Shown: positions 1 through 14,908, counted from the first letter of the stretch. The stretch is 64,000 nucleotides of DNA from Psilocybe cubensis (GCA_017499595.2 CM039000.1:4030001-4094000); one strand, 5' to 3'. Translations and numbers: made by a program. The notes: generated from the letters alone by a model not told the origin.

Positions 1-92
1 ATGTGAGGACTAAACAGATGCATTCCATAGTCAATATTTAGGTACATGTTGTTGATATACTATTTTAGCGTTGTCCGAATGGACATACAGTG

Positions 93-1316
93 TCACGTCT
101 CGCCTGACTCTGCATTCTTTTCCAGGTCGGTTCTGAGCACGTTGCAATTACTTTGTGTACTTTGAACTGCTTCGGGGACTGTGGAGATCCCTTCAAAAAC
201 AATCACTGTAGACTGATGTACTACTGCCTTGTTCGTGGAGCTTTGAAGGACAATCCTTGCAACCATACATGTAGGGGCGGCTCCCTATATAGGCAATTAG
301 GCAAGTATAAAGGACCTCAGCTTGAAACATACGTTTAAAAAAGAGAAGATAAGGCCGGTGTAAGTCCGAGCGGCGCTCAGGCTGGAATTCTGGCTCTCAT
401 CCAAAGGCAATACGCATGCAATGGCGGCAGCCAATGCGGATATGGAATAAAGAGCGGACGACTGAGTCAAAATATCTAAAATATGGTTGAGGCGCTCGGT
501 TGTTCCTTTGAAGCTGTTCTGTTGGCGCATGACGGGCAAAATACGCATGATGATAAAGAGTGTTGATGTTACCGTGCAGGCAAATGTGGAAAACATGTCA
601 AGGCCAATTAAGCTATCAAGCACCAGTGCTTGAGGTCGCGATGGCTCCAAACGCTCGACGCTTGCTGTTATAATCACAGCAAGATACACGCCTGGCATAC
701 TAGTTTAACATACAAGCTTAAGCATGGTGTGCTACTCCCGCTTACCAGCTTCGACTGCAAGGAAGAAGAGGGGCAGGAGAATGACACGGATAGATTTATT
801 CCACACATGATAGCATCTCCAAATCTAATGAAATTGGATTATCAATTAGCCTCACAATAAATTCTAGATGAAAAACATGAGAACCATACTCACCAATAAC
901 GTGTCGGCGATAGAAGTCATTAAAAAAGAGCTAATATCAGCCAGTAGAGTGTCTGGACCATCAACCACATCAGAGCCAGATAAAAGCGCCTTTATGGATC
1001 TCTTCATGAAATATGTCGGTGGTAAGGCGTCGAAGATGTAGGACAGATACAGAGCAGTGATGAAGGAGACGATGGTTCTTTTATTGTTGACTGTCTTTTT
1101 GCCTATATCAGACGCCATGGAATTACAGCCAACAATGGTCATTAAACAACTATGTAACTTACAGTATAAGTACATCGTTCCAAAATAAATGGAAGTATAA
1201 ATCCCTGTTTGAAAGTGTAAGTGGTAATGCCTCGTATAAGCAAAAAAAAAACTAAAACCTGTCAGGATATTGCTTAATATCATTGTATCAATGTATGCCT
1301 CTAGGGCTGGGTCCAT
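93..1316 (-). CDS. Multi-exon integral membrane protein, tandem copy A (agaricomycete multi-TM family)
   Basis: ORFs 864..1316 and 297..698 plus a small exon (IWRCYHVWNKS) and a last exon (GAAPTCMVARIV...TGA at 93-95). Hydrophobic segments, GT-AG introns, and colinear similarity to copy B. Confidence 0.75.
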
Positions 1317-1767
1317 ACTTCGACCTGCGATTGGGACTGATTGTCGAGAAGAATCATAGTGTGTAATGTGTTTGTTTTATTCCTTCAAAATGGGATTTAT
1401 AGTATCATGAGTTGCCGGGTATCCTGTTAGCAGTCACATCGCACATTCTAATCACAAAATCCTTGTACTCAATGCGCAACTTGGCTGTGTAGACATGAGA
1501 TATTTTAACTTCAGCACGCGGTGGATATTACATGTAAAGCACTGAACTTCACTGTCAACTTAGAGTATTTACCTTATACTTGCATCCTTGTACTAGATAA
1601 AAATATAATGAAGGCTGGCCACACGAGGCTCCGAAAATTGGAGTCAAAGGTGACACGCTCAATTGATCAACGGTTTACACGACAGCAGCAAAGGAAGTAA
1701 ATGAAATAAGATTTGATACACATGTGCCCCACCGGTATTTTAACAGAGCCTGACTGGCCATACATCT

Positions 1768-2962
1768 TCACTGCCTGATTGGTTCTTCATTCTTTTCAAC
1801 GTCCATTGCAATCACTTGCTCATTGACTGGTGAACTGTTGGTGAGTTCTGGCCTTGTCGACCCCGGTTGAAATACAATCGTTGAATGATGGACCATGTTG
1901 TCATTTGATTCGGTTGATAGGACGATTCGTGCAATCATGCAGGTGGGAGCGGCGCCCTACTCACGACTTGGTCAAACTGCGGTAACGACGAAAACATAAC
2001 ACAAACATTTATAAAAGAGAAGAGGGACCCAGTGTAGGTTCGTGTAGCGCCAAGTCTAGGATGTCGGTCGTCGTCCAGTGGGAGTACACTGGCAATAGCG
2101 AAAGTCAATGCGGATAACGAATAAATGGCGGAGGATTGCGTCAGGATATCTACAACCCGCCTGAACCTCTGTGACGCGCTCTCCGCGGAGTATTCTCTAC
2201 GCATTGCCGGGTATATTCTCAGGATAATGGATAGTGTTGTCGTCAATGTACATAGAAAAGTGGAGAACATGACAAGGCCAATCAGACCGTCAAGGGTCCT
2301 CGCCTGTGGTCGGGATGGCTCCAAATGCTCCACGCTGGCTGTAATAATGACTGCAAGATATGTAACTGAATGTATGACCATGGTGAACAAGGAGGTCCAT
2401 AGTTATAAATTCACTCTCACCAATTTCAACAGTAGCAAAAAAGCACGGTAAGATGATAATACGGAGCGATTTATCCCAAATATGATAGCACCTCCAAATC
2501 TACAAAGCGATATTGAAGAGATTGTGTCATGCTGCATGAGAGGACCTACCATTAATGCGTCCCCTATTGAAATCATTAGAAATGAACTAATATCTGACAA
2601 CAAGGTCTCTGGCCCATCTGTTTCCGATGAACCAGAAACGATTAAATCTTTTATGACTCTCTTCAAATACAAACTCGGTGGCAATGCGTCGAAGATATAT
2701 GACAGGTATAAAGCAGTGATAGCCGACACGACAGTCTTGCGATGTTTAACAGGCCGTTTGCCTACAGGATGAAGTTACGATTAAGGCTTTATTTCTGAGG
2801 GTGGGTAAACTTACAATACAGATACAGTGTACCAAGGAAAATGGCAGTATATATTCCTATCCGTTATCAGTAAACATGTTGCCGGCCAGGAGTGAAATAA
2901 TACCTGTTAGAATATTCGCGATGAATAAATTATTGATATACCCTTCGAGAGCCGGAGACCAT
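1768..2962 (-). CDS. Multi-exon integral membrane protein, tandem copy B
   Basis: ORFs 2403..2729 and 1935..2390 share ITALYLSYIFDALPP, YLAVIITASVE.LEPSRPQA, DILTQSSA and GAAPTCM.ARIV with copy A, with the same exon layout. Confidence 0.75.
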
Positions 2963-4743
2963 TCTACGTTCTGAAGGGTGGGAGACTGGGTAACCTGCGG
3001 TGACATAATGGAACCTTCTCTTTTTCAAACTTGAGACTCCTTTTAAACTGTAACTCATTCTGCATTCTGTCAATGAAACGTCATAACAAACAAAAATTTT
3101 GTGATTAAGTTTGCTTCAAGAAATGTCATATCAATCAAATGATATTGACTACAACACCAGAATAAACTAGGTTTTATATAGTGGAAGTAGATTGAGTCTC
3201 TCTCGTTTGCCGACTGGGTTTGGACTGGGTCGGCACTTTACTAACATGATTATCGGGATTCAAACTGACCTAGAGATTCAAATTCCCATTTCTTGCCTCC
3301 TGACACTGCGTTTTTCCCAAATTCTTTGCACATTCAAGCGTAGATTGTACGTAGGTATATGAATATGCAAAAATACCATGAAAATGATGCATGGAAAGGT
3401 CTTAAATTTGATGATCTTCAGCCATCCATCATGTTAACATGGCATCAAATGCCAAATTCTGTTTTGTCCACTTAGGATATCAGCACAGAAATTGGTACAC
3501 ATTTTTATTACAGTATCAAATCACTGTCTACAAATTTCATCCCGTAAATCCAGTTCCTTGATTAGTGACATCTTGTAAAGTCACATTGATGTGTTCAAAC
3601 TCCGTCTGAAACGCGTCGCGTCCTGTGTAATTGACCGCAACTTAGATAAAAAAATTCACCCCCACGTTGATGCAACTTACGCACATTTGGCTTATTATAC
3701 ATGCTACTCTTGGAACTTTTACATACTTTTACTTTGACACATACATGCTAGCATTTGTAGTCTTAACCTTTTTTTTCTATGTACATAGTCTCTACTAGGA
3801 AGCTTAATAACCAGTTTATACCCTTCTTCAGACTGAAAAGTGTGGTACTAAGGAACGTACAAAGATACAAAACCGACCGGGGCCTTAGCTTGTCGTCGGA
3901 TTATTCTGATCGTACGTGTGCCGTCTGAGCTTGAAATCGGCACCGTGACTATGCGTGACAAAAAATTTGAATCTCTATGATTTTGGGTCCTTGCTGCCGC
4001 GGAACTGCTCCTGTTCCTCAACCGTTTGCGCTACGGGCTTAAAATTTGAGGTGAAAGGAGTGTATATGCTGTACTAGTAGTGTGCAAAGTTTGAAGCAAG
4101 TTGGGTGAGTGTAGGTTCTGTAATTCACAACTTTGTTCAAATATTTGAATCTCCGTGATCGTGATAGTATTGGGTCTTCCCCTCCACGTCGGGATTTTCC
4201 GAATACAAGACTGACTTCTACGAAAGACTCAAATCTTGCACAATTTCTCTTACATTCTGAATAAAAGATGACCCTTGAAGTTGTCTTATACATGAAGTAC
4301 CTGATCAAGGTGTCAAAATGAATTCCGGGTTGAATAGACATCAAAGTGTAGAATATGCTCGTATTTTAACCGGAAGACAAAATAGAAAACATTCTTCCAG
4401 TTAAACTGGAAAACACCGGCAAGATTCTACTTAGAGATGCCAGGTACTGGGAGAGCAAATGAATCATTATATACAAATGGGGTGTATCTTAACCCGTCTG
4501 ATTGAAATGCACCCATGTTCCAACGGTTCCCGAGTATCACCAACATTTGAATTAGAAGGAAGATGGAAGATACATCAAATGCTAATAATATATAAATATA
4601 CGCACTACATTCATGCGTTGGGTGAAAAGAAAAAAAAAGTTGACAGAAACAAGGAGATCCACCCTATCCACGACCCAAAAGAAGAAAAGAAAAAAAATGG
4701 AATAAAATGGAAACAAAAGAAACCAGATGTCTAAGCTGTATCA

Positions 4744-7700
4744 TCACTTCTGCGTAGCCTGGAACGCAATCCACGCCTCATTCAGCCCTCCAAACACACC
4801 ATTCGCAAGCATCCTCTGCTCCAGCGTCGAATTACCCGCATTCAACTACACATCCAAAAACGGTTCAGTATGCACCACGAAGATAGCTCGGATTCCAACT
4901 CACTTTATCCGGATGCACCCGCGCAATGGCCTTGACATACCCTTTTTTCACCTGTGCAGCACTCACGAGGTCCGCCATACCCATCTTCAGCCCGCGCATC
5001 ACATCTCCTTCCCAGAGCACATTCTCCAAGCTGGCAAGGAGCGCACGGATGTTAGTCTCCTTGCCCGCCTTCCACGCTGAGAGCCGGGCGTCCACGGTGT
5101 CCTTGAGCGCGTGCTTCGCAGCGTCGTCTGCCTCCGCCTGTGCGTTGTTCGACTGCAGCGCCCGTAACGCCTTCGAAGGCGCCGACGACACCGACGCTGC
5201 GGAAGCTTTCGGAGAGGGTCGTTTGGTCTGGGGGGTCTGGGGTTTAGGTGCAGGCATAGTGCTTGCCGACCTAGCTGGAGCGGCGGGCCCGTCCACCATC
5301 TTGCGACAACGCACACCACCGCTCACAGCCTCCTTCCGTTCCCTTTCATGCACCCACGCGCCCGCCTCGCCCTCAGCCGCGCGCCCGAGCACGCCCCACC
5401 ACACGCCCGCCTGCTCCCACTGCTCTCGGCCCTCCAGCGCCTCCGCAGCGCGTTTCACCGCTTTCACGTACTGATCCAGCAGGTCGACGCCGAGGCCCTG
5501 CGGGTGCGCCCACCCACCGTCGTTGGCCTTTGCACGGCCGGCTGATAGGATCGAGGGTGGGATGGTGGAAGGGTGCATAACGGGCGGAGGGGTGCTCTTA
5601 TTTTTCCCTTTCGTGGGTTTGTCAGCCAAAGGATCGTCAACTCCAAATCCGCCCTCAGAATCTTCCGCACCGCTTGCAAATATGGTGCGGCCGACGACGC
5701 CCTCCACAGCGCGCTCGCAGTCCGCGACCGCGGTCTTGTACTCCCCGATGCGCAGGCGGGCAATTGCGCGGTTGGTGAGGAGCGGCACGCGCAGAAGGTG
5801 GCCGTCGGGAAGCGCCTGCAGCGCAAGGCCGTAGGAGTCCGCAGCGGCGGCGTGCTGCCCAAGCTTGAATTGCTCGGTCCCAGCGGTCTTGTGTTTGAGG
5901 GCCAGCGCAAGCGCGGAGGGGGAGGCTGTTGGCAGGTTGCGTGTGGGCGCCGGTACAGGCGTGCGCGCACGCTGTGCAGAAGGCGCAGGAGGTGATGGAC
6001 GTGCGGGTCCTCTGACAGAAACTGTTGATATAGAAGACGACGATCCTTGCTGCCGCTGTCCACCACGAGATGTTGGTTGTGATGGAACATCAGGAGCGAA
6101 TAAATCGACTTCAACTTCAGGCTGCTCTTGTTGAGCAACCACCTTCGTCTCTGAACGGTCTCGCTGGGCGTCATCGTGTCGAGTGTCCTCATCGCTTTCC
6201 CACCCATCTCTGAATGCAGAGGTTTCCTTCTGCTTCCCAACACGTCTCGGGAACCCTTCTTCGTCCTGGCCCTCATGCTCAGGGCCATCCACCATCCACT
6301 TGGGCCTCCCACCCGCGCCAGACACCCCGGATTTCCCCACACCACGCGCCTTTGCCCCAGGCGCAAGCGCCGCAATGCCCCCGCCAGCCTCGCGCTCCTC
6401 GTACGCTTTCACCACGCGCTCCTTACCCTCCCGCCAGAACGCGCTCGCCTTGCTAAACATGTTCATCCCGAGCTCCGACGCCTGTGCGATGAGCTTGTCC
6501 GCTTGTTCCGTGATATTGTCTGCATTCAGCGCTGACCCACTAATACCGCTTCCTGAGGCACCCGAGGAGGAAGACGCAGCGCCGGCAGCCAGACGTTGCT
6601 TTTCAAGTCTCTCCCTTTCACGCTCTTTTTGGCCCTTGGGCGGTCCGCGGGCACGAGCTGCTGCTGCTGGCGCTGGCGCTGCTACAGGAGGAGCAGGGGG
6701 CGGTGTTCCGGATCGCGAACCCGACGCGCCTCCTCCGAGCAAACTTTCCAGAGCTGCTTGCACGTCCATCCCGTCTTTTGTCCCGGCGAGCGCCTTTTTT
6801 GCCTGGGTGATTGAGAATCCCATTTCGACGATTTGTCCGAGGACGTGTGGAGGAGGAGATGATGGTCGTGGTCGGTTGGACGATGCGTTGGACGGAGCTT
6901 GTGCGCGTGGGGGTTGGAGCCGCTGCTGGATGAGGGAGTATGTCGAGTATTAGATAGTCAAGTAAAAGAAAATAAGATGAAATAATGAGAAGAAAGATAT
7001 TTAGAGTAGACGATTTACGTACCCTCTCTCCATCAGCTTCAACCCGCGCTTTCACAACTTCCACAGGCTTGCTCAACATTCCCAAGATATCATCCTCCTC
7101 ATCGCCAGCTCTATGACTATCGTTTCCATTCGCATTCCCTCCCCGTCTTTCACTGCTACCGAACCCAAAGTCATCCTCGCCCTCGTCAAAGTCCAACAAC
7201 CCCCTTCCCCTATCACGCACCCTATCCCGATCATCCAAGTCTTCCCTGGCTCCAAAATCAAAGTCCTGGTCGGGTGATGCCACGCCGACATCATTTTCAT
7301 CTTCGAAGAAAAGTGGCTTCGACGAGCGTGGGGGGTTAGCAGCAGCAGCCGACGACGGTTCAGGGGAATAAGTCCGCGCGTTCGAAGTCCCGTTATTTTG
7401 CTGTGCACTTCGGAAGCCGGAATCATCGTTGGTGTTGTCTTTGAAATCGTCTAGGTCCCAAAGGCTGACACCTGTCGTCTGTTTCTTCTCTGATTCCCGA
7501 GACGTTTCAGCAGCAGCAGCAGCGGCAGCGATAGATTGCGCCGTCGTCTGCGTCCGCGTCGTTCGTCTCGTCGTGGGTGGTACGGGGGCCGAAATGGGTG
7601 GTGCCATTCCAAAGTCACCCAACCCCCAATCATCCGCGTCGTCGATGTTCGGTTTACTTCTCGCCGTTGTGGATGATGACGACGCCGGTGGGTCGGCTTT

Positions 7701-8360
7701 CAGTATCGACCCGCCTCCCGCTAAAGAGTCGAGCCCGGCCCACGTAGACGCAGCGTCGCTTCCCGACGCTCCTGCATGAGATCCGGCTCCGGCTGATGAC
7801 GATGATCGCCCGATGCCTGCTCCGCCGCCCAAACTACCCGCACCAACACGCTTCTGCTCAGCCTCCATCGCAAGCCGCGCAGCGAGCGTCATGTTCTTGT
7901 TCGCCGCTGTTGATGTTGAAATAGTGGAAGAGCTCGGCGAAAAGAGGTCACTGAATGCATCTACACCTCCTGGAGTCGCACCCGCCGCTGAGCCCGTACG
8001 AGAGATCGATGTCCCAGCTGCGGATGTAGTGCGTGCAACACCCGCACCCGCACCCGCACCGAGAACGGCTGACGACGACGGCGTCATAGTACGCGACGGA
8101 GGGTTTGACGCTCTGCTCCCATTGCTCAGGCCGTTGCTGCTTGTGTTCCCCATCATCCCTCCGCCATACCGCGGCGTGGCCGTCCCGCTCCCTGAAGAGG
8201 AAAGCATTGCGAACAGATCGGGCTTGCTCCCTGTGTTTGCGCCGTAGTTCGCATTGGCGCTCGATGTTTGTCTGGAGGCAGCTGATGAGAGTGTTTGTGG
8301 TTTGGGTTTGGTGGAGAGCGGGGCGGAGGAGGACCAGAGGTCCGCGAAGGAGTCGGACAT
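4744..8360 (-). CDS. SWA2: Auxilin-like clathrin-uncoating factor (UBA + TPR + C-terminal J domain), Swa2-like
   Basis: Starts MSDSFADLW. UBA segment (MGFSITQAKKALA), TPR segment (KHKTAGTEQFKLGQ...NRAIARL) and auxilin J domain (W..GKETNIRALLASL...HPDK, last exon LNEAW..F). Introns at ~6951-7021 and ~4848-4902. Confidence 0.9.
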
Positions 8361-9199
8361 GATTAATGTTGTTGGGGTGGTGTGCTTGTTCTCGACTGGA
8401 TCGTCTGGATAGTGACGTATGGATATGAATATGAATATGCGATGCTTGAATGGTGGTAGCGCCGTCGATGGCAGCGATTTTGACAATAAATTGGCGAAAC
8501 CACAAATAAAAGCTAGATATAATCGAAGAAAATAATATGGTGAGATCAAATGGCATTATTCAAGTCATGTAAAGGGACGCACCACCGAATCGCCTATCCT
8601 CAAATACCACCAACCCTTCTTCCTTCTTTAAATCAAGTCGTGTGTATGTGGATCCAAAATGAGCAGGTGGGTGCAGTGCAACTACGTCTGGTCTGCGTGA
8701 CGACGTGGCGAACGGCGACAAGGGCTCTCTCTATATCCACCGATATCTGAATCTCAGGCTTACAAATTGGATATCTTTTGCGACTCCGAGCTATGATGAA
8801 AAATCGGTTTAATCAAAAGCATTACACGAATAAGCACCCACTCACAAAGGCAAGTTCGCCTGCGAAACGATACGTAACTTGACGTATGTCGTGGTCCTGG
8901 TTAATCAAGCAAAACCAGCATTTCAGGGTGTTTTGGCAAAACATGCTGTATCGGCACGTGCTCAGAGCCGTGCGCGGCATACATTTTTTCATACTCCGAT
9001 TCGGGGTTGAGCGGTAGGACTGGCTGACTTGAAAACCGCGTTTTTGATTGGACATGTCAAGTCAGGATACGACAATGCTGAGTTTTAAATGCCTGGATAT
9101 AAGATAAAAGCATCTTGCAGCAGGCTATAGTAGGGAAAGTAAGATTCCTGCGTTACACGACGACCTCGAGCCACTTCCTGCTAGACAGACCTGTACATA

Positions 9200-9660
9200 A
9201 TGGATACCTCGCTCGTCATCCAGCGCTTCTTCGTCTCTTTGCAATCCAATGATCTCAGTCACTTTGTTGAAGAGATGTCCGCATGGAAAACATCCATGCA
9301 CAGTAATCGCGATGCCATGTCCTCGGAACAGTTAATGGATGCTCAAAAGAGAGCTGCGGTTATCCATACCGTCTCAAACTACCTTCTCCAATTGGAACGC
9401 CTGACAGCCGCCTTGTCAAACATAACTGTTTTGTCTGTTCGTGCAATTATTCATGATTGGGACATGCCATTCAATCTTGAGTCGGATGATGAGTGGTATT
9501 TGTTAATTGTTACTTCTCCGTTGAGATCAGCGGCTTATACATGATTTAGAGTCTTGAGCGGGGTGTTGAACGAGGATCTTGTATGGATGCGATACAGAAG
9601 ATTACTACTAGTACTATGGGCATTCAAACTGGAACATCGGCGCCGTGGTAGATCAGCCTA
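9200..9660 (+). CDS. Hypothetical protein; 3' end uncertain
   Basis: 114-aa helical-looking ORF 9200..9544 with a probable intron near its end. No domain recognised. Confidence 0.3.
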
Positions 9661-10099
9661 AAATCAACAATGCAGAGAACTTTTACCCCTAGTTCAAAAT
9701 TTAGCTTCGTCGCTCATTACTGACTCGAACAAAGAATTCATCTTGCGCTCTACAATCACTAATCTCAGAGACCTTTACCTATTTGATTTTTTCAACCTCA
9801 AACAATACTTGAAGATCGTCGATTCTTTATTTGTAAACATGGAAACTATTCAACTAAAATCCCATTTATCTATTGGGAACCTGCCACACAAGTACGGTGC
9901 TCTATAATTATATGCCCAAGAAGAATGGAGTATGTTGATAAATTGAACTGTTCTACTCCCAATATTATATACGGAATTCGCAAATTTACCTGACTTTACG
10001 ACGTTTCAGAATATTGTCTCAAACAATCTCAGTCTCATGGAAGGAGAGAAACCCGAAGTCCGTCCGATTCAACAGTTTGTCTCTACCTGGAGGAGCAGC

Positions 10100-11155
10100 C
10101 TTCAGCAATCCTGAAAAATCTCGACACAGCTAAGCACTGCTAAACGTCCAAGACTCACGGATTGTAATTCCGTTGAACTATTCTTCGATTTTTGACGTTT
10201 ATATCCAGTACGTCGACAGTCAAGCGCCCAAAAGTCGCCCCTACCCCCGATATTCTTATGCTGGATGAACACCGCATAATTTGAAAGGTTATGACGAATG
10301 GTGCTCTGAAGCAACCCAACCACTCAGATAACCATTTTAATGCCAGTGAAAGAACCACCCACCTGCCATCCCTGATGTCGCTTCGTCTTTCTCAATGCCG
10401 GATACTGGTGCATGATTATCTCAAAGATCTCCGAGATAGTCGCACGTTTGTCTTTGGTTAACCATATTGCGAGCATTGCAGCTTCTGGCTTGCTAAGGCG
10501 ATGCCAGGGCGTTGTGCCGTTTGGCCACGCACAACTGATGTCAACGTTCTCGGATATTCCTAGCCTGAGACGCAGAATTTTCTCGTTGTAGGATTCACTT
10601 GGAGGTAGATAATATGTCTCGTCGACGATTGCAGTCCTTGCGGGCCTTGGCTTATGGTAAGGCGTGAAATTGTGTTTGCCTTTACTGATGTCCTGTTGGT
10701 TGACCATTGAATAAGTCATTTGTTTGTATCATGTTGATATACCTACCTTTGAAGGCTGTTTTAATGATCTCAGGGAAACCCGGAGGGGAAGACTGGATAT
10801 TCGTGGAACCGATGGTACAGTCAACGGACGTATGTACCTCATCTGTTGCGCACAGGTGTACTTTAGAGCTTTGAGAGGGAATGGTAAAGAACCAAAGACG
10901 TACCGTATCAGATTGTTCGAGCTCGTGCGGTGTAGGTCTCGACAAGGTGAGATTCTTCAAGTTATGGAGGGTTAGATTTATCCTGCTGTCGAAAACGGCA
11001 GGCTTGGAAGGTATATTGGGCGGGCTTAATCCACTGGCGTAGTCAAAGTTGATAAACGACTCCATGTCTATTGGTGGGAACAACATTTGATCTCTTGTGT
11101 CAGTGTCAACCATCTGAGAAACGTTGTAGCTGTATGGTAGGAATATAGGCATCAT
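10100..11155 (-). CDS. Forkhead (winged-helix) domain protein; 3' end approximate
   Basis: Spliced exons give ...KRATISEIFEIIMHQYPALR..GWQ|STIRHNLSNYAVF...GRGDFWALD, the forkhead W..SIRHNLS and GxxW signature. GT-AG introns join ORFs 10682..11248, 10324..10719 and 10102..10323. Confidence 0.8.
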
Positions 11156-12682
11156 AAATTGGCAGGGAGAAGTTGGCTTCGATGGATTGGAAAGCAAGTA
11201 AAAAGCGATGGCTAGAGGGAGGTCGTGTAGTAAGATGTGCAAATGCACACTTGGGTCACCTTTCTTTTATATGCTACGACTGTAACGAGATATATCATCT
11301 CATTCCCCGAAGGAGTGACTACACGGGTCAAAAATGGAAAATTGTCCTACATGAGTACAATAGCTAAACATAAAGTAGCTTGTTACAGTTAGCCCACGTC
11401 GTAAAAAATGTGCATTATTATTAAAATAGTCTCAGGAGCTACATGTCCGAGGAATTGGGAAATGTAAGATGCTAATTGTTAGAGTGCCGAAGGATCATCC
11501 GCAGGGTGCGATGATAAAAGTCTAGATCAATAAAAGGATCTATCCACTGCCGGACAAGGTTTTGTAGGCTCTCCTGAGCATCCGCATAAAGGGCTAATAT
11601 GTTTTATTTTAATAAGGTTGAACCCGGTCACTTAGACGCCCTTCACATGATCTTCTTCATTGGTTCGAACCATTTATCCTGGATTTCGCAGGACATATTT
11701 ATGGACCGGGTGTTTCAGTCGGCCGAAGAGGTACTGAGCATAAATTGATTGGTCATCATGTGGACCACCTTTGTATATTATACCCATGATCATTGTCTAG
11801 TGGAATGGAAGGCTACACAACTTACAAGGCATAAGATTTTAACAGACAACAACTAAAGTTTGGAAGCAACTCCGTCTAAAAAATGGGTTGTTGTTTTATT
11901 CTAGGAACCTCGCTTAATATATCTATTTAGGTCTACGAAAACGTATAAATGTTGATATTGTTGACCCACAACCCCAATATAGAATACCTTTCTGATGTCC
12001 TATTCTTGGTGACAGCAAATATTGACGAGAGGGGTTTCGTTATATCTATTAATAATTATAATGATACGTCTGTGGGAGGTCTTGCTCAATCTTTTCAAGC
12101 GTATGATCAAGCTTTCACAGTGAAATAGGCGCCCAAGAACTCGGATTGCTGAGAATCGGAAGTGGAACAAGAGTCGCGGGGTCCTATCACCGTTGCTTTC
12201 CCTGGTTCTTTTTGGCTCCAAGGCCGAATGATTTCCTTTAACATTCAATTACCCCACCCGTTATCCAAATGAAGAGCCGTTCCACTCTCCATTCTAGCCC
12301 CATGGTGACTGTGTGTTTTCCGGTGAGAAGATACATCTACAAATAGCGAGTGTAATAGGGTTCCGTTACATCGCTTGAGTGTGAAGAGTGTGATCCACTC
12401 CTTTTATTTAATATTGAATAAGGCCTCATTTTTAAATCATTCAAAATGAATAACCCCATCCCAATCTATCGATGTCTATGGTAGCAATCAAGGTCGTGAA
12501 AACAGAAAAAATCCCCTCCTATTCGCGTCAGCGCTTCCCCATTATGACGCACACGTGATTTATTGATTTAATCAAATTGGTGTCATGGTCAGTGCGCCAC
12601 ATTTGCGTTTCTTTTCAACCACCGCGTCTCATTGACGTGGTTTGCCCTCCCACCGTGTTTATCGTACACCCTAGTCCACAAA

Positions 12683-13659
12683 ATGCCTTACACATGCTAC
12701 TATTGCAACAAAGAAATGTCTAGCAAGGAGACCAAACGTTGTTCGCGGTGCCTGTAAGTTCAAGCATTCAACACCCACTCCGGGACGCGAAGCAGATGCT
12801 CACGGGCTTTATTCAGGCTAGTAACATATTGCGTGAGTAGGGGCGTTATAATGACGCGACATAACCTATTTTATACTACCATTAACTTTCTCAAAACCCT
12901 ATAGTCCAAGGAGTGCCAAACCGCGTCGTGGAAAGCGAGTCACAAGCAAAACTGCATTATCCATCCGTCTGTCAGATCCCCCAACGATCCTTCGAAGGTC
13001 CGCTCGAAGGAAGAGATGCCGGAAAAGAACTCGGAGGAGTGGCTGAATATCCAAGCTGATCGCGCGCTCTCACGGTGGATGCAAATTTGGCGGCCTCTGT
13101 TCCAAAACTTCGCGGCGATATCCTTGAACCTCGCAAATCATCCGAAAGATAGAGTTATGACTCATTGGTGCGCCACACACCCTGTGTTCAACTTGTCTAT
13201 GAATATCACAGCTTTTTCTTTTTCTTTTAGTATGAAGCTCCTTGTTGTGCGACGGCCAGGGGAAAATGATACCGTAAAACAATATCAGGTGGGTCGATAC
13301 TTCGCGTGTTTGGAGCAGCGAGTAATACGTGCTAACTTGTTTAATCCCAGGTCGTTGAGGCGACTGTGGCCCGCTTCACAGACATTGTAGCTGAACTGGG
13401 TGAAGACGTGAATACTCCCATCGATCCAACTGACTACACGCGCATTCGATTCGTTCTCATACTTCTCGATAATGAGGGATACATGGAACGCATGCGCCTC
13501 GTGCAGTGGAATGATCCGAACTTAGATTTCTTCAGAAATATGGACAAGGACGCGTGCGCGAGGGTCGGAGGCCCAGATTCGCATTGGGACGAAGCTCTGA
13601 TCAGTGCGTCTTATGATGGAACACCGGATATCAGGACATTAGGACGGCGCTCGAGCTAA
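12683..13659 (+). CDS. MYND zinc-finger protein
   Basis: Short exons give CYYC...KRCSRCL|LVTYC|SKECQTASWKASHKQNC (MYND pattern), followed by exons in ORFs 13016..13390 and 13366..13659. Confidence 0.85.
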
Positions 13660-14908
13660 TGGATGATTTCTCTGACGATCTCAGTATGATTTGTGTTTTT
13701 TTATATTCTTGCTGATTGCTCGTTCACATGGCCAAACTACCTTGTACTTATCACATATATCCGTTTATACCATTGGCATATTACCCTCTATCTCCCTACG
13801 CAGAAATTCTATGATTCATCATCCAGGGCGTCAATTCCAGGGAGGTTTCATTGAATGTCTACATCAAGAACAAAAATGCATGATATTCATCTCTCGGAGC
13901 CTGAGCAGGCCGCGGCCTATGCAAAGGACGTTCTAGTGGGCGTACAGAAACCGAAGGAAGGACCCATTGGGATTTGACCCCGCCGAAAGAATTTTCCACT
14001 CTGGGAAGAAGGGACACAAGATTCATGCTGAGATCGACAAACGAGTTCCTGTAATTTTGATCTTCGCCAGCGCTGTCTCCGATACACAGGTACGAGCGGG
14101 GCGCTCCGGGTGCGGTAGGGTCTGATGTGTTCCCGGACACGCCCTAACCATGAGGTTAGTCCGGTTTGTACCTGGCCGACGAAAGTAATTTCCTGTTTGA
14201 GCATTTTAGGTCATTGAGCGATCCAGATAATCGACGGCCTCAGTAATGATCCAATCCATGACGGACAACCTCCACATGATATGATGAAACTGAGGAGTAC
14301 TTGCTACGCCCTACCAGACAATTTGAAATGGAAACGGACGGGCGCTTAATTAAACCAACAGGTTCGACCATTCAACGAGAGCAAGTAGATAATAGATTCA
14401 TTGAAGCTTGGGTCGCGAGGAAATGTATCACCGTTGGTTTGCTCATGAGAAATATATCCCAAAACGTGAGGTTGTGGGTCGACAGCACCCGTTGTAGAAA
14501 GGGAACTCACGCCCAGAAGGCCCATTTGACATATTCCCTGCTTCTGTTTGATTGATAAGAGAAACGGCTTCTAGCTATCCAAAGAGTTGTTCTCCTATCG
14601 TTAAATTGGGAACGTTTGACATATTTTAAACACTCTACTGGAGTGCATGACGCTGAGTGAATACCAAGGACGTGTCAAGGACATGTCAGCAGAAAAACCT
14701 CGTGGAATAGATAGGATTGTTTATAGAGCCCAGAAAGGTGGTTATCGATTAGCATTACTATCTGTTGACATCTCTCTACTGTAATCTGACTCAGGAGGAG
14801 AATCTGATGTTGATTATATGCGCTTTCTTTAAATACGCCACTCCTCGTCAACGTGTGTTTCCAGCAGTGTCTACACCTCTCAAACTTCGTTTACCTCCTT
14901 CAATTACC

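Noticed and set aside
3180-4040. Possible MITE-like remnants with weak inverted similarity, and a similar-looking stretch at 63780-64000
   Set aside because: No convincing TIR pair or TSD could be defined by eye.
4926-8556. Many long overlapping ORFs on alternative frames and the + strand
   Set aside because: They are shadow ORFs of the GC-rich Swa2-like coding sequence.
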